Assembly: GCF_013122565.1 (NCBI RefSeq)
Contig: NZ_CP053258.1
Length of the DNA: 64,000 nucleotides
From: Escherichia coli
GTDB taxonomy: Bacteria > Pseudomonadota > Gammaproteobacteria > Enterobacterales > Enterobacteriaceae
Strand: one strand, 5' to 3'
Shown: piece after piece, positions 46,177 to 59,752 of the stretch
Position numbering within the stretch: the first letter of the stretch is position 1
Layout: the number at the start of each line of letters is the position of its first letter
Translations under genes and position numbers: made by a program
The notes under the pieces: generated by a model
Seen by the model: the letters and a program-made list of their open reading frames with translations, nothing else
Told to the model about the DNA's origin: nothing
Database searches by the model: none

Positions 46177-47952
46177 TTAACGCTTGTACAACGGACCGTA
46201 GTTCTGGCAAGCGCGGTAATCCTGGCCTTCAATATCCATGCCGTGCGCAGCCCAGGCAGAAGGACGATACACTTTGGTCTCTTCAACGTTGTGCATACAT
46301 ACCGGGATACGCAGCATGGAGGCAAGAGTGATAAAGTCTGCGCCAACGTGGCCGATGGTTAGAACCCCGTGGTTAGCGCCCCAGTTCGCCATTACCGAGT
46401 ACACATCCGTAAACGGCCCTTTACCGGTGAGGCGCGGTGCAAACCAGGTGGTTGGCCAGGTTGAGTTGGTGCGTTTGTTGAGGATGTCATGCACATCCTT
46501 CGGCAATTCCACGCTCCAGCCTTCCGCGATTTGCAGTACCGGTCCCAGGCCTTTGATGATGTTGACACGAGTCATGGTGAACGGGACGCCGCCTTCGGTA
46601 AGGAAGCGGGAAGAGTAACCGCCGCCACGGAAGTATTCGTGGATCGCCGGGCACCATTCGGTAGCGGCGAGGCAAGCGTCAGCCTCTTGCTGAGAGATTT
46701 CCCAGTGCGGCTTCATCGTCGGGTTACCTTCGCTGTCGCGTTGTTTACAGGAACCGTCCAGCGCAGCAGAACCTGAGTTGATCAAATGGATGATGCCGTG
46801 TTCTGCCAGTCCATGGAGTTTATGCCCCGTTACACGCTCAATTGCTTCTGGTGACCAGTAGGTACGCACATCGGCAAATACCTGAGCGGTGCCGGTGAGT
46901 TGGTGACCCATTAGCATTGCCACGCCGTTAAGACTGTCGTTTTCGGTCGCCACGACAAAGGGTTCGCGCACGCCATTCCAGTCAAATGAACTGTTGAGGA
47001 TCGCTTCGGCGGTGTCACCATTGGGATATTGATCGGTCCAGTGACGTTGTCCCTGGAAGCCCGCAGCGATGGCGTTGTAGCCAAGTGATTCTTCCACGCG
47101 ACCAATATCGGCCAGTTTGCTGTTGCCTTGCATCATGTCGCGGATACACATCGCCATCAGTAAACTTTCGCGCAGAACTGCGCGGCTTTGCTCGGCATTG
47201 CGTTGATACTGTTTGTTATTTTCATCTTCGCCATAGCGGAAGTTTTTATCAGCCCAGGCCAGTGCCATTTCCAGTTCGGCTTCGTCGTAAATCTTCTGAT
47301 CGATACGGCGGCGCAGTTCGGTCATATCCACCGCCTGGACTTTCATTCCCAGCCAGGATTCAAAGAAGTTGTGATCAACGATGGAACCGGCGATACCCAT
47401 CGAAACGCCGCCCAGCGACAGGTAGCTTTTACCTTTCATGCTGGCGACGGCCAAACCGGCGCGGGCAAAGCGCAGCAGTTTTTCTTCAACATCGGCAGGA
47501 ATCGATGTGTCATCGGCATCCTGAACGTCATGACCGTAAATAGAGAATGCCGGGATGCCTTTCTGGCTGTGAGCTGCCAGAGCTGCTGCCAGGTAAACAG
47601 CGCCGGGGCGTTCAGTGCCGTTAAAGCCCCAAATGGCTTTCGGGCGGGTTGGATCCATGTCGATGGTTTCACTGCCATAGCACCAGCAAGGCGTTACCGT
47701 AATGGTGAGGCCTACATTCTGGCTGCTGAATTTTTCTTCGCAAGCAGCGGCTTCAGCCATACCCGCGATACAGGTATCGGAAATGACACACTCGACGGCA
47801 GCTCCGCAGGCATGGCGCAGTTTCTCGGTCAGCAGTGCAGCCGTGGCTTTCGCCATATTCATTGTTTGTTCTTCAAGCGACTCACGAACACCCATGCGAC
47901 GACCGTCAATAACCGGGCGGATACCAATTTTCGGTAAGCTGATTTTTTTCAT
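46177..47952 (-). CDS. fucI: L-fucose isomerase
   Basis: 591 aa; synteny within fucPIKUR. Confidence 0.92.
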   Translation of the reverse strand: MKKISLPKIGIRPVIDGRRMGVRESLEEQTMNMAKATAALLTEKLRHACGAAVECVISDTCIAGMAEAAACEEKFSSQNVGLTITVTPCWCYGSETIDMDPTRPKAIWGFNGTERPGAVYLAAALAAHSQKGIPAFSIYGHDVQDADDTSIPADVEEKLLRFARAGLAVASMKGKSYLSLGGVSMGIAGSIVDHNFFESWLGMKVQAVDMTELRRRIDQKIYDEAELEMALAWADKNFRYGEDENNKQYQRNAEQSRAVLRESLLMAMCIRDMMQGNSKLADIGRVEESLGYNAIAAGFQGQRHWTDQYPNGDTAEAILNSSFDWNGVREPFVVATENDSLNGVAMLMGHQLTGTAQVFADVRTYWSPEAIERVTGHKLHGLAEHGIIHLINSGSAALDGSCKQRDSEGNPTMKPHWEISQQEADACLAATEWCPAIHEYFRGGGYSSRFLTEGGVPFTMTRVNIIKGLGPVLQIAEGWSVELPKDVHDILNKRTNSTWPTTWFAPRLTGKGPFTDVYSVMANWGANHGVLTIGHVGADFITLASMLRIPVCMHNVEETKVYRPSAWAAHGMDIEGQDYRACQNYGPLYKR

Positions 47953-47984
47953 TACAGATTCCTCACTTTATTCGGAAAATATGT

Positions 47985-49301
47985 TCAGTTAGTTGCCGTT
48001 TGAGAACGGAAACGGGCAAAGATAAAGATGACCGCGAAGCAGAGTGCGGGGATCAGTTCAGCAGTGGGGATGTTGCCCGCCGCGTCACTGACAAAACCCA
48101 TGACCGGAGTGACAATACCGCCGCCAATGATGGTCATAACGATGAAGGACGAACCGTATTTGGTGTCCTGGCCGAGATTCTTAATGCCCAGCGAGAAGAT
48201 TGTTGGGTACTGAATCGACATAAAGGCGCTGCATAAAGTCAGGGCTATTAAGCCCACATGACCGCCAGCGAAGGCTGAGATCAGGCACAGTGCCATAGCG
48301 ATTAATGCGTAGGCGGCCAGGACTTTGTGTGGTGCGAAGCGACTGATGAGCCAGGTACCGGTGAAACGACCAATAAAGAAGCACACCATGGTTCCGGTTA
48401 AATAGTTAGCGGCAAAGCCTGCAGTCATACCTGGAATTTCTTCTACAGCGTAGCGAATCAAATAGCTCCAGCAGGCCGTTTGTGCGCCGACGTAGCAGAA
48501 TTGCGCTAATACTGCCCAGCGCCAGTGGCGAATACGCGCCAGGCGAGAAAGCGATGCGGAGAACGATCCTTGTTTGGCGTCACTGTGATTATCACTCTGC
48601 AATGCCGGGAATTTCGTCAGCATGATCAGCAGGGCGACCAGTAACACGATAGCCACGATGATCATATAAGGTGTCTGTACCGATAATACCAGGCTGTGTT
48701 TATACGCACTCAATTGCTCTGGAGACATTTTATCGAGAACGTCTTGCGATTGATGTGGCACGTTAGACAAAATAAGACTTTGCCCAAAGACAACCGCGAT
48801 AATTGCGCCAAATGAGTTAAATGTTTGCGCAAGATTTAAGCGGAAGTGACCACTGCTTTCCGGCCCTAATACCGTAACAAAAGGGTTTGCGGCAGTTTCC
48901 AGACAACCTAATCCGGCTGCAATAATAAATAGGCCAACTAAAAATAAGGTGTAGTTCATTATTTCTGCAGCGGGCCAGAATAATGCAGCACCCAGGGCAT
49001 ATAAAAATAATCCGGTAATAATCCCTGCTTTATAACTGAGTTTTTTCATCAATATCCCAGCAGGGATTGGGATAATGAAATAACCAAAGTAAAAGGCCGA
49101 TTGGATCAGGCCAGCCTGGAAATTTGTCAGCGTAAAAGCCTGCTGGAATTGAGGTAATAATATGTCGTTAAGATTATTGGCTACCGCCCAAAGAAAAAAC
49201 AGTGAGCACAGCAGCGCGAATGGAATAATGTAACTTCTGCTTTGCCCTGCATCTTTATCTACCGCACGGTAACTCTGCGTTTGTATTGATGTGTTTCCCA
49301 T
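47985..49301 (-). CDS. fucP: L-fucose:H+ symporter (MFS)
   Basis: 438 aa, 12-helix transporter; first gene of the fucPIKUR unit. Confidence 0.92.
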   Translation of the reverse strand: MGNTSIQTQSYRAVDKDAGQSRSYIIPFALLCSLFFLWAVANNLNDILLPQFQQAFTLTNFQAGLIQSAFYFGYFIIPIPAGILMKKLSYKAGIITGLFLYALGAALFWPAAEIMNYTLFLVGLFIIAAGLGCLETAANPFVTVLGPESSGHFRLNLAQTFNSFGAIIAVVFGQSLILSNVPHQSQDVLDKMSPEQLSAYKHSLVLSVQTPYMIIVAIVLLVALLIMLTKFPALQSDNHSDAKQGSFSASLSRLARIRHWRWAVLAQFCYVGAQTACWSYLIRYAVEEIPGMTAGFAANYLTGTMVCFFIGRFTGTWLISRFAPHKVLAAYALIAMALCLISAFAGGHVGLIALTLCSAFMSIQYPTIFSLGIKNLGQDTKYGSSFIVMTIIGGGIVTPVMGFVSDAAGNIPTAELIPALCFAVIFIFARFRSQTATN

Positions 49302-49847
49302 AGCATCCTCTTAGGTTCAGAAGCTTAAGCACGTAATCGGTTATGTTTTCAAAAGTGCAAAACCAGCGAGTTCGGGCTTCATATCAGTGAATATTTGCCT
49401 GTCTGAAATGAACTCATGGATTCATTTTCAAATAAAAAACGCTCTGTAATATGACGGCGGTCACACTTATTAGCTGGAAGGTGACTTTATGTGACTACCA
49501 TCACTTTAATAATCGAAATTTCATGCCCGTTTCAGAAAATAAATCATAAAAAACACAAACCAGATGCCCGTATTAATTGTTTATGCCGAAAACGGGCATT
49601 CCTGGCTTGGGTGAATATAAAAATGACCGTTTTGATAAATATTTTTAAGAGCGGTCATTTTTAATGGGGTTATAAAAAGAGAACTTGCAGTTATTTACTG
49701 TGATTAGTTGAACCAGATCACAAAATATAAGCTTGTGAATTTCTTTCTTGTTAATCAGGAAGAAGATCGTGGGTAATTAAACGCCTAATTCAATAGTGTG
49801 AAAGGAACAACATTATTGCCCTGTTTTGAATCAGAGAGAGGTAGCTA

Positions 49848-50495
49848 ATGGAACGAAATAAACTTGCTCGTCAGATTATTGACACTTGCCTGGAAATGAC
49901 CCGCCTGGGACTGAACCAGGGGACAGCGGGGAACGTCAGTGTACGTTATCAGGATGGGATGCTGATTACGCCTACAGGCATTCCATATGAAAAACTGACG
50001 GAGTCGCATATTGTCTTTATTGATGGCAACGGTAAACATGAGGAAGGAAAGCTCCCCTCAAGCGAGTGGCGTTTCCATATGGCGGCCTATCAAAGCAGAC
50101 CGGATGCCAACGCGGTTGTTCACAATCATGCCGTTCATTGCACAGCAGTTTCCATTCTTAACCGACCGATCCCCGCTATTCACTACATGATTGCGGCGGC
50201 TGGCGGTAATTCTATTCCTTGCGCGCCTTATGCGACCTTTGGAACACGCGAACTTTCTGAACATGTTGCGCTGGCTCTCAAAAATCGTAAGGCAACTTTG
50301 TTACAACATCATGGGCTTATCGCTTGTGAGGTGAATCTGGAAAAAGCGTTATGGCTGGCGCATGAAGTTGAAGTGCTGGCGCAACTTTACCTGACGACCC
50401 TGGCGATTACGGACCCGGTGCCAGTGCTGAGCGATGAAGAGATTGCCGTAGTGCTGGAGAAATTCAAAACCTATGGGTTACGGATTGAAGAGTAA
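49848..50495 (+). CDS. fucA: L-fuculose-1-phosphate aldolase
   Basis: 215 aa class II aldolase; divergent from fucP across a 546-bp control region. Confidence 0.92.
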   Translation: MERNKLARQIIDTCLEMTRLGLNQGTAGNVSVRYQDGMLITPTGIPYEKLTESHIVFIDGNGKHEEGKLPSSEWRFHMAAYQSRPDANAVVHNHAVHCTAVSILNRPIPAIHYMIAAAGGNSIPCAPYATFGTRELSEHVALALKNRKATLLQHHGLIACEVNLEKALWLAHEVEVLAQLYLTTLAITDPVPVLSDEEIAVVLEKFKTYGLRIEE

Positions 50496-50522
50496 TTTCG
50501 TAAAGCAACAAGGAGAAGGATG

Positions 50523-51671
50523 ATGGCTAACAGAATGATTCTGAACGAAACGGCATGGTTTGGTCGGGGTGCTGTTGGGGCTTTAACCGATGAGGTGAAA
50601 CGCCGTGGTTATCAGAAGGCGCTGATCGTCACCGATAAAACGCTGGTGCAATGCGGCGTGGTGGCGAAAGTGACCGATAAGATGGATGCTGCAGGGCTGG
50701 CATGGGCGATTTACGACGGCGTAGTGCCCAACCCAACAATTACTGTCGTCAAAGAAGGGCTCGGTGTATTCCAGAATAGCGGCGCGGATTACCTGATCGC
50801 TATTGGTGGTGGTTCTCCACAGGATACTTGTAAAGCGATTGGCATTATCAGCAACAACCCGGAGTTTGCCGATGTGCGTAGCCTGGAAGGACTTTCCCCG
50901 ACCAATAAATCTAGTGTACCGATTCTGGCAATCCCCACCACAGCAGGCACTGCGGCAGAAGTGACCATTAACTACGTGATCACTGACGAAGAAAAACGGC
51001 GCAAGTTTGTTTGCGTTGATCCGCATGATATCCCGCAGGTGGCGTTTATTGACGCTGACATGATGGATGGTATGCCTCCAGCGCTGAAAGCTGCGACGGG
51101 TGTCGATGCGCTCACTCATGCTATTGAGGGGTATATTACCCGTGGCGCGTGGGCGCTAACCGATGCGCTGCACATTAAAGCCATTGAAATCATTGCTGGG
51201 GCGCTGCGAGGATCGGTTGCTGGTGATAAGGATGCCGGAGAAGAAATGGCGCTCGGGCAGTATGTTGCGGGTATGGGCTTCTCGAATGTTGGGTTAGGGT
51301 TGGTGCATGGTATGGCGCATCCACTGGGCGCGTTTTATAACACTCCACACGGTGTTGCGAACGCCATCCTGCTACCGCATGTTATGCGTTATAACGCTGA
51401 CTTTACCGGTGAGAAGTACCGCGATATCGCGCGCGTTATGGGCGTGAAAGTGGAAGGTATGAGCCTGGAAGAGGCGCGTAATGCCGCTGTTGAAGCGGTG
51501 TTTGCTCTCAACCGTGATGTCGGTATTCCGCCACATTTGCGTGATGTTGGTGTACGCAAGGAAGACATTCCGGCACTGGCGCAGGCGGCACTGGATGATG
51601 TTTGTACCGGTGGCAACCCGCGTGAAGCAACGCTTGAGGATATTGTAGAGCTTTACCATACCGCCTGGTAA
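50523..51671 (+). CDS. fucO: L-1,2-propanediol oxidoreductase (iron-type alcohol dehydrogenase)
   Basis: Start at MANRMILNETAWFGRGAV (382 aa); Fe-ADH-like sequence. Confidence 0.92.
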   Translation: MANRMILNETAWFGRGAVGALTDEVKRRGYQKALIVTDKTLVQCGVVAKVTDKMDAAGLAWAIYDGVVPNPTITVVKEGLGVFQNSGADYLIAIGGGSPQDTCKAIGIISNNPEFADVRSLEGLSPTNKSSVPILAIPTTAGTAAEVTINYVITDEEKRRKFVCVDPHDIPQVAFIDADMMDGMPPALKAATGVDALTHAIEGYITRGAWALTDALHIKAIEIIAGALRGSVAGDKDAGEEMALGQYVAGMGFSNVGLGLVHGMAHPLGAFYNTPHGVANAILLPHVMRYNADFTGEKYRDIARVMGVKVEGMSLEEARNAAVEAVFALNRDVGIPPHLRDVGVRKEDIPALAQAALDDVCTGGNPREATLEDIVELYHTAW

Positions 51672-51689
51672 ATGCGCTGATTTGATAAT

Positions 51690-51719
51690 GCCGGATGCGA
51701 CGTTTGCGGCGTATCCGGC
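51690..51719. repeat. REP palindrome between convergent fucO and xni
   Basis: GCCGGATGCGACGTTTGCGGCGTATCCGGC. Confidence 0.7.
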
Positions 51720-51725
51720 ACGCCG

Positions 51726-52592
<867 letters not shown>

Positions 52593-53960
52593 TTAATCGC
52601 AGGCAACGATCTTCATTGCCAGGCCGCCGCGAGAGGTTTCGCGGTACTTGGCATTCATATCTTTACCTGTTTCGTACATGGTTTCGATAACTTTATCGAG
52701 GCAGACGCGCGGCTCGCTGGTACGGCGCAGCGCCATACGTGCGGCGTTCACCGCTTTTACTGCCGCAATGGCGTTACGCTCGATGCATGGCACCTGTACC
52801 TGTCCGGCAACCGGGTCACACGTCAGACCGAGGTTGTGCTCCATGGCGATTTCCGCCGCGATGCACACCTGCGCCGGGCTTGCACCTAACAGTTCTGCCA
52901 GACCAGCCGCCGCCATTGAACACGCCACGCCAACTTCACCCTGGCAACCCACTTCAGCACCAGAAATCGACGCGTTCATCTTATAAAGAGAACCAATGGC
53001 GCTGGCTACCAGCAGGTAACGAGCCAGTGAGTTAGCGTTCACTTCGCGGATAAACTTGTCGTAGTACGCCAGCACTGCCGGGATAATCCCGCACGCACCG
53101 TTAGTCGGCGCAGTCACCACGCGTCCGCCAGCAGCGTTCTCTTCGTTCACTGCCAGTGCAAACATGTTGATCCAGTCAACAACCGCCATCGGGTCAGTGG
53201 TGGTTTTATCCTGGCTGACCAGCATCCGGCGTAGTGCCGCAGCACGGCGTGGAACGCGCAGTTTGCCAGGCAACACGCCTTCGGTGGAAATACCGCGCTC
53301 AATACCGCCACGCATGACTTCCCATACGTTCGCCAGGTGCTGTTCCAGCTCTTCTTTGCTGTGCAGCGCCAGCTCGTTTTTCATCATCAAGCCAGAGAGT
53401 GACAGCCCGGTTTCCTGACAATGTTTTTGCAGATCGGCTGCTGAACTGTACGGATAAGGAACTTCAACCGGTGCGCTATTCTGCTGGCCAAAATGCTCTT
53501 CATCAACGATAAAGCCACCGCCAATAGAGTAGTAAGTCTGGCTGTAAACGACTTTATCGCCCGCCAGCGCGGTAATGCGCATACCGTTTTCATGCAGAGA
53601 AAGGTTGTCGGCATGGAAGTTCATGCACTGATCAACCGGGAACTCCACTTCATGCTGACCGTTTGCCAGCATCAGGCGACCATGAGTATTCACATCCTGA
53701 ATAAAACCAGGGATGGAATCGATATCCACGGTATCCGGCAGGTTACCCGCCAGGCCCATAATAATGGCGATATCAGTGTGGTGGCCTTTACCGGTCAGAG
53801 AGAGCGAGCCGTACACGTCAACCACCACGCGGGTCACGTCTTTAAGCAGGTTACGGGCAATCAGATCGTCGGTAAATTGTTTACCCGCTTTCATTGGTCC
53901 AACGGTATGAGAACTGGAAGGGCCAATGCCGATTTTGAAAATATCGAATACGCTAATCAT
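52593..53960 (-). CDS. sdaB: L-serine dehydratase 2
   Basis: 455 aa; Fe-S serine dehydratase family; downstream of sdaC. Confidence 0.92.
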   Translation of the reverse strand: MISVFDIFKIGIGPSSSHTVGPMKAGKQFTDDLIARNLLKDVTRVVVDVYGSLSLTGKGHHTDIAIIMGLAGNLPDTVDIDSIPGFIQDVNTHGRLMLANGQHEVEFPVDQCMNFHADNLSLHENGMRITALAGDKVVYSQTYYSIGGGFIVDEEHFGQQNSAPVEVPYPYSSAADLQKHCQETGLSLSGLMMKNELALHSKEELEQHLANVWEVMRGGIERGISTEGVLPGKLRVPRRAAALRRMLVSQDKTTTDPMAVVDWINMFALAVNEENAAGGRVVTAPTNGACGIIPAVLAYYDKFIREVNANSLARYLLVASAIGSLYKMNASISGAEVGCQGEVGVACSMAAAGLAELLGASPAQVCIAAEIAMEHNLGLTCDPVAGQVQVPCIERNAIAAVKAVNAARMALRRTSEPRVCLDKVIETMYETGKDMNAKYRETSRGGLAMKIVACD

Positions 53961-54017
53961 AGGAAATACATCGCGTTAAAACGGAGGAAGCGCCGCCCGA
54001 AAGCGGCGCGAAAGGAC

Positions 54018-55307
54018 TTAGCTGAACAGAGAGTAGAAGATTGCGGAGATTGCAATCAGACCCATCACGACAACGAATACGTTGCTGATGTGACCGCTGT
54101 ACTTACGCATTGCCGGTACTTTCTGAATTGCGTACATCGGCATCAGGAACAGGATCATCGCGATGATTGGGCCGCCCAGGGTTTCAATCATACCCAGGAT
54201 GCTCGGGTTCAGGGTGGCAACAATCCAGGTCGTTACCAGCATGAACAGCGCAGTGATACGGTTCAGCTTGTTGATTTCGATAGACTTACCTTTACCACGC
54301 AGAGATTTAATCACCATACCGTTGAAGCCTTCACGTGCGCCCAGGTAGTGGCCGAGGAAGGATTTGGTGATAGCGATAATCGCGATAATCGGAGCCATCC
54401 ACGCGATAACCGGTGCGTTAAAGTGGTTAGCCAGGTAAGACAGAATCGAGATGTTCTGCTCTTTAGCCGCAGCCAGGTCTGCCGGAGTCAGGCTCAGTAC
54501 ACAGCTGAAGACGAAGAACATTACGGTCAGCACCATCATGATGTGTGCGAATGCCAGGATCTTCGAGCATTTCTGTTCTGCCATATCGCCGTACTCTTCA
54601 CGCTTCGCAACGGCGAAAGAAGAGATGATCGGAGAGTGGTTGAACGAGAATACCATTACCGGAATTGCCAGCCACAGGGTCATCCACAGACCGTTTCCGG
54701 TTGCAGATGCAGTGTCCAGAGACAGCGTTTCCAGTGCTGCGCCGTTCCACTGCGGGATCAGGTACAGAGCCAGCAGCATCAGTACGCCAACAAACGGGAA
54801 CACCAGAATACTCATCGCTTTAACGATCATCTGCTCACCGAAGCGAACGATGGTCATCATACCCACGATCAGGATCAGCGACAGAATCGCACGCGGCGGT
54901 GGCGTCATACCCAGCTGGTGAGACATGAAGCTTTCAACTGTATTGGTGATTGCCACGCTATAAACCAGCAGGATCGGGTAGATAGCGAAGAAGTAGAGCA
55001 GGGTAATCAGTTTACCTGCGCCAATACCAAAGTGTTCTTCTACAACCTCGGTGATGTCTTCGCCCGGGTTTTTACCAGACAGTACGAAGCGAGTCAGGCC
55101 GCGGTGAGCAAAAAACGTCATCGGGAACGCAAGGATAGCCATGATGATCAGCGGGATCATACCGCCAACACCGGCGTTGATTGGCAGGAACAGCACGCCC
55201 GCGCCGATTGCCGTGCCGTAAAGGCCCAGCATCCACATGGTGTCTGTCTTGCGCCAGGCACTACGAGAGTCTTTCGACGCAATCGTGCTGGTTTGAGTCG
55301 TTTCCAT
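54018..55307 (-). CDS. sdaC: Serine:H+ symporter
   Basis: 429 aa hydrophobic transporter, HAAAP family. Confidence 0.92.
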   Translation of the reverse strand: METTQTSTIASKDSRSAWRKTDTMWMLGLYGTAIGAGVLFLPINAGVGGMIPLIIMAILAFPMTFFAHRGLTRFVLSGKNPGEDITEVVEEHFGIGAGKLITLLYFFAIYPILLVYSVAITNTVESFMSHQLGMTPPPRAILSLILIVGMMTIVRFGEQMIVKAMSILVFPFVGVLMLLALYLIPQWNGAALETLSLDTASATGNGLWMTLWLAIPVMVFSFNHSPIISSFAVAKREEYGDMAEQKCSKILAFAHIMMVLTVMFFVFSCVLSLTPADLAAAKEQNISILSYLANHFNAPVIAWMAPIIAIIAITKSFLGHYLGAREGFNGMVIKSLRGKGKSIEINKLNRITALFMLVTTWIVATLNPSILGMIETLGGPIIAMILFLMPMYAIQKVPAMRKYSGHISNVFVVVMGLIAISAIFYSLFS

Positions 55308-55863
55308 CTATTTCTCCTGGAGGAATGCAAATAATTCAGCTTTTAGCCAGTTCAGCCCGGGAAGGTGCCTGACCGTAAAAATGAAATCTGTCTATCGGCG
55401 ATGGCTTAATCATTTACCGCCGTAATAATTTGAGGGCGGAAAGATACACACAAGTTATGTATCTATCAGTGATCTTGATCCCAAATACAATAATCTACTT
55501 GGAAGATAGATTATCCCAACGCTTTACTCTGTAAATCAAAAGTAAAAGAGAATTTAAGGGCAATATTTGCCCATTAAACGACATCTGACTTCTTCCGGGG
55601 CGCGCAATATATGTAGGTTGAACTGAAAAAATCAATACTTTTAGTTAATCATGGCGATAATTTCTTTTTCATAGCGATAAAATACGGTTTATGAAAATAG
55701 GGAAACGTTTGCGTTGCAACATAAATTGTATGACATATTAACTGTGATGATATTTGTCGCGTGAGGGTGGTAAGAAACATTCATATAACAAATGAAATGA
55801 GTTGATGAGTAAGTGACCAAAAACGAGAAAACCCGGCAACAAACGTCACCGGGGGAGGGGAGA

Positions 55864-57228
55864 TTACGTGCAGATTTCGTAGCAAGGGATGTAGGCTGAG
55901 CCTGGCAACTTCATACGATGCTGGGCAACAAAACCCTGTAGCAGGTCGTCCATACGACGCATAATCTCTTTATCGCCGTTGATTTTGTAAGGACCAAACT
56001 CTTCAATGGCGCGAATACCGACTTCTTTTACGTTACCCGCCACAATACCGGAGAACGCACGGCGCAGATCGGCAGCCAGCACTTCAACAGGTTGATCCGG
56101 GTAAAGCTTCAGATTAGCCATATTCTCGTGAGACGGCTCAAACGGCATTTGCAAATCTGGTGCAATGCGCATTGACCAGTTAAAGCTGTAAGCGTCACCA
56201 GTGTCGCGGCGATTTTCTTTCACCAGCGGCATCGATTTTTTCATCTGACGAGCGACTTCAGCGGCGTCATCAATGATGATGCGGTAATGGCGGCGCGCGT
56301 TTTCGCCCAGCGTATGTACGACAAACTCGTCCAGTACGCGGAAGTAGTCGGCGCTCTCTTTCGGGCCGGTGAGGATCAATGGTAAAACCTGATCTTTGTT
56401 GGCCGGGTTCATTAAAATTCCCAGCAAATACAGCAACTCTTCTGCCGTACCCACACCGCCAGGGAAGATAATGATGCCGTGAGCGATACGGACAAACGCT
56501 TCCAGACGTTTTTCGATATCCGGCATGATGATCAATTCGTTGACCAGCGGGTTAGGCGGTTCAGCGGCGATAATCGACGGCTCTGTCATACCAATAAAAC
56601 GACTGTCTTTGTAACGCTGCTGCGCGTGTCCGACCGCAGCACCTTTCATCGGCGCTTCCATCGCTCCCGGACCACAGCCGGTGCAGATATTCAGCTCACG
56701 CAGGCCCAGCTGGTTTCCGACGCGACGGGCATACAAATACTCATTTTCGTTAATTGAGTGACCGCCCCAGCAGACCACCATATTTGGCGCTTCACCCACA
56801 TGCAGCGCGCGAGCGTTACGCAAGATGGAAAAGACCAGGTTAGTGATGTGGACGGAGTTGTCGAGATTCAGGTTGGGAAAACGAACGGTATTATGGATTT
56901 GCCCGTAAACGAAGAGAATGTCTCGCAGAACCGCGAACAAGTTGGCCTGCAAAGCGCGAATAATTCGCCCATCGACAAAAGCCTCTTCCGGGGGATTAAT
57001 CAGTTCCAGCTTTACGCCGCGTTCACGGCGCAGGACGTTAATATCGAAATTTTCAAAACGAGACAGCAATTCTTTGCTGTTATCGGTCAAACTACCGGAG
57101 TTCAGTACGGCAAGTGAACAGTTGCGAAACAGTTGATAGAGGTCGCTGCTGGCGGTGCGTTTAAGCATATCCACTTCCAGCTGCGACAACATATCCATGG
57201 AGCCAAGCGGGCTAATATGTGTAATCAA
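55864..57228 (-). CDS. ppnN: Pyrimidine/purine nucleotide 5'-monophosphate nucleosidase (LOG-like)
   Basis: 454 aa; formerly ygdH; synteny. Confidence 0.88.
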
Positions 57229-57339
57229 GAAAAACTCCTTATGGGACGAATATCGTCATTCCCTTTGATTACAATAGCCCTGCCTGATGACCTTTCACAA
57301 CCTTCTGCGTGAATCCAGCACGCAAAATTGAGAAAAAAT

Positions 57340-58188
57340 TTATTGCCGAACCAGTCTTGTGGTCGATGGGACAAAATCGCTATTACTGCGCCACGGGTTA
57401 ATGTCCAGACCGCCACGACGGGTATAACGTGCGTAAACGCTCAATTTCTCTGGCTGGCAGAAGCGTAACAGGTCATTAAAGATGCGTTCCACGCACTGTT
57501 CGTGGAACTCGTTGTGATGACGGAATGAGACCAGGTAACGCAGCAGTTTTTCTCTGTCAATTTGGCGTCCACGATACTGAATTTGGATCGAACCCCAATC
57601 TGGTTGATGGGTGATCAGGCAGTTTGATTTCAGCAGGTGGCTGACAAGCGTCTCTTCCACTACTTTTTCACCACAGGTGGCATTCTCCAGATAGTCAGTA
57701 GTGAATTCATAGTTATCGATAGTGATATCCAGGTCATCAATGCAGGTGCCATTGAAATGACCTATCGGCTGGCCTTCCAGTTCATCAAGACGATATAACG
57801 CCACGCTAACCTTACCCTGAGCGCAAGTGCTTAAGTCGCGCTCCAGCGTCTGGCGCACCTCATCCCAGTTATTAAAACGCGTCTGGTTAAAACTGTTGAG
57901 ATAAAGCTTAAAACTCTTCGACTCAATCAGATTTACGCTGGTGTAATCAAGTTCAACGTGACCGACGGCGACCTGCGGCAAACCTTTCGCATTCAGCCAG
58001 GAAAGTTCATACAGCGTCCAGATATCCGTACCGTGAAAAGGCAGGTTATCCGCTTTCAGACCCAGCGGGTCGCGATTCAGGCTGCGTGGAACGCCTTGCA
58101 GTAGGCTGGCGTCATAGGTATCCCGGTAATCGGTTGATTTTCCAAGAGTCAGGCCCGCAAGTGCCTGATGGTTTGCATAAGAAGACAT
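57340..58188 (-). CDS. queF: NADPH-dependent 7-cyano-7-deazaguanine reductase
   Basis: 282 aa two-domain YqcD-type QueF; synteny. Confidence 0.9.
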   Translation of the reverse strand: MSSYANHQALAGLTLGKSTDYRDTYDASLLQGVPRSLNRDPLGLKADNLPFHGTDIWTLYELSWLNAKGLPQVAVGHVELDYTSVNLIESKSFKLYLNSFNQTRFNNWDEVRQTLERDLSTCAQGKVSVALYRLDELEGQPIGHFNGTCIDDLDITIDNYEFTTDYLENATCGEKVVEETLVSHLLKSNCLITHQPDWGSIQIQYRGRQIDREKLLRYLVSFRHHNEFHEQCVERIFNDLLRFCQPEKLSVYARYTRRGGLDINPWRSNSDFVPSTTRLVRQ

Positions 58189-58255
58189 GTTTCACCGTCA
58201 TAAACCAGATAAACTAAACGACAAGTGTATCTGGTTTAAGTGAAGAGAGAAATTA

Positions 58256-58801
58256 GTGGACGATTTGACCGCACAAGCCCTGAAAGATTTTACTGCACGC
58301 TACTGCGATGCGTGGCATGAAGAGCATAAAAGCTGGCCGTTAAGTGAGGAACTGTACGGCGTTCCTTCACCGTGCATTATTTCAACTACTGAAGATGCCG
58401 TATACTGGCAACCCCAGCCGTTTACCGGGGAACAAAATGTAAACGCGGTTGAACGCGCTTTTGATATTGTGATACAACCCACAATTCATACCTTTTATAC
58501 GACTCAGTTTGCCGGGGATATGCACGCGCAGTTTGGCGATATCAAACTGACATTGCTGCAAACCTGGAGTGAAGACGACTTCCGTCGGGTGCAGGAAAAT
58601 CTGATTGGTCATCTGGTGACTCAGAAAAGGCTAAAACTGCCGCCCACGCTATTTATCGCGACGCTGGAAGAAGAGTTAGAGGTCATCTCGGTGTGTAATC
58701 TCTCCGGTGAAGTGTGCAAAGAGACGCTGGGAACACGTAAACGGGCGCATTTAGCCTCAAATCTTGCGGAATTCCTTAATCAACTTAAGCCTCTTCTGTA
58801 A
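58256..58801 (+). CDS. syd: SecY-interacting protein Syd
   Basis: 181 aa; synteny. Confidence 0.88.
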   Translation: MDDLTAQALKDFTARYCDAWHEEHKSWPLSEELYGVPSPCIISTTEDAVYWQPQPFTGEQNVNAVERAFDIVIQPTIHTFYTTQFAGDMHAQFGDIKLTLLQTWSEDDFRRVQENLIGHLVTQKRLKLPPTLFIATLEEELEVISVCNLSGEVCKETLGTRKRAHLASNLAEFLNQLKPLL

Positions 58802-59011
58802 TCCAAATACCCCATCTGGTTGTAAGAGATCTCTTACAGACTCTGTAGGAGATCGCCAGGAAATAAGCGAATACTTAAAAAGATAAGAATCGTTGTTTTC
58901 ATTTAAAAACAACATGTTGCTTGTTAATTCCTAACTTTCATATGAAATTTTCCTTAAGGCATTGTCTGTAAGCGCCTTGTAAGACTTCGCGAAAAAGACG
59001 ATTCTATCTTC

Positions 59012-59380
59012 GTCGACAGGGAGTCAGACAACGAAGTGAACATCAGGATGATGACACTTCTGAAGGACACACCAGGATGGTGTTTCAGGGAAAGGCTTCT
59101 GGATGAAGCGAAGAGGATGACGCAGGACGCGTTAAAGGACACCTCCAGGATGGAGAATGAGAACCGGTCAGGATGATCCGGTGGGTCAGGAAGGCCAGGG
59201 ACACTTCAGGATGAAGTATCACATCGGGGTGGTGTGAGCAGGAAGCAATAGTTCAGGATGAACGATTGGCCGCAAGGCCAGAGGAAAAGTTGTCAAGGAT
59301 GAGCAGGGAGCAACAAAAGTAGCTGGAATGCTGCGAAACGAACCGGGAGCACTGTGAATACAGTGCTCCCTTTTTTTATT
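59012..59380 (+). ncRNA. csrB: CsrB small RNA (CsrA-sequestering)
   Basis: About 369 nt with roughly 20 GGA motifs (CAGGATG, AGGACA and similar) and a 3' terminator GGGAGCACTGTGAATACAGTGCTCCC plus T-run; between syd and yqcC as in K-12; the 5' end is approximate within about 10 nt. Confidence 0.88.
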
Positions 59381-59422
59381 CCTGCTATCCTTCGCGGCAG
59401 TTTTTCTTATTGAGGTTGCTTT

Positions 59423-59752
59423 ATGACCACTCATGACCGCGTTCGTCTCCAGTTGCAGGCGCTTGAAGCGTTACTGCGTGAACATCAGCACTGGCGAAAC
59501 GATGAACCCCAGCCGCATCAATTTAACAGTACCCAACCGTTCTTTATGGACACCATGGAACCACTGGAGTGGTTGCAGTGGGTGCTGATCCCGCGAATGC
59601 ACGATTTGTTAAATAACAACCAGCCGTTACCGGGCGCTTTTGCTGTTGCACCCTATTATGAAATGGCGCTGGCGACGGACCATCCGCAACGCGCGCTTAT
59701 TCTGGCTGAGTTGGAAAAACTGGATGCTCTTTTTGCGGATGATGCGAGCTAA
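59423..59752 (+). CDS. yqcC: DUF446 family protein
   Basis: 109 aa; overlaps the truC start by 1 nt. Confidence 0.85.
   Translation: MTTHDRVRLQLQALEALLREHQHWRNDEPQPHQFNSTQPFFMDTMEPLEWLQWVLIPRMHDLLNNNQPLPGAFAVAPYYEMALATDHPQRALILAELEKLDALFADDAS

Noticed and set aside
47188-47937. 249-aa plus-strand ORF inside fucI
   Set aside because: Antisense to fucI; no motifs; spurious.
49302-49847. CRP or FucR operator sites in the fucP-fucA divergent control region
   Set aside because: TGTGA and TCACA half-sites are present (around 49690-49730) but with non-canonical spacing or orientation on my reading; I cannot place the sites confidently without a matrix scan.
53493-55334. 613-aa plus-strand ORF spanning the sdaB-sdaC region
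   Set aside because: It is antisense to two well-supported genes (sdaB, sdaC), is unusually rich in His, Arg and Gln, and has no recognisable domain or RBS; typical spurious antisense frame in GC-rich coding DNA.
59012-59380. Possible tandem-repeat or CRISPR-like array suggested by recurring CAGGATG units
   Set aside because: Units are irregularly spaced, lack unique spacers, and the region matches the CsrB sRNA; no CRISPR repeats or cas genes anywhere in the window.
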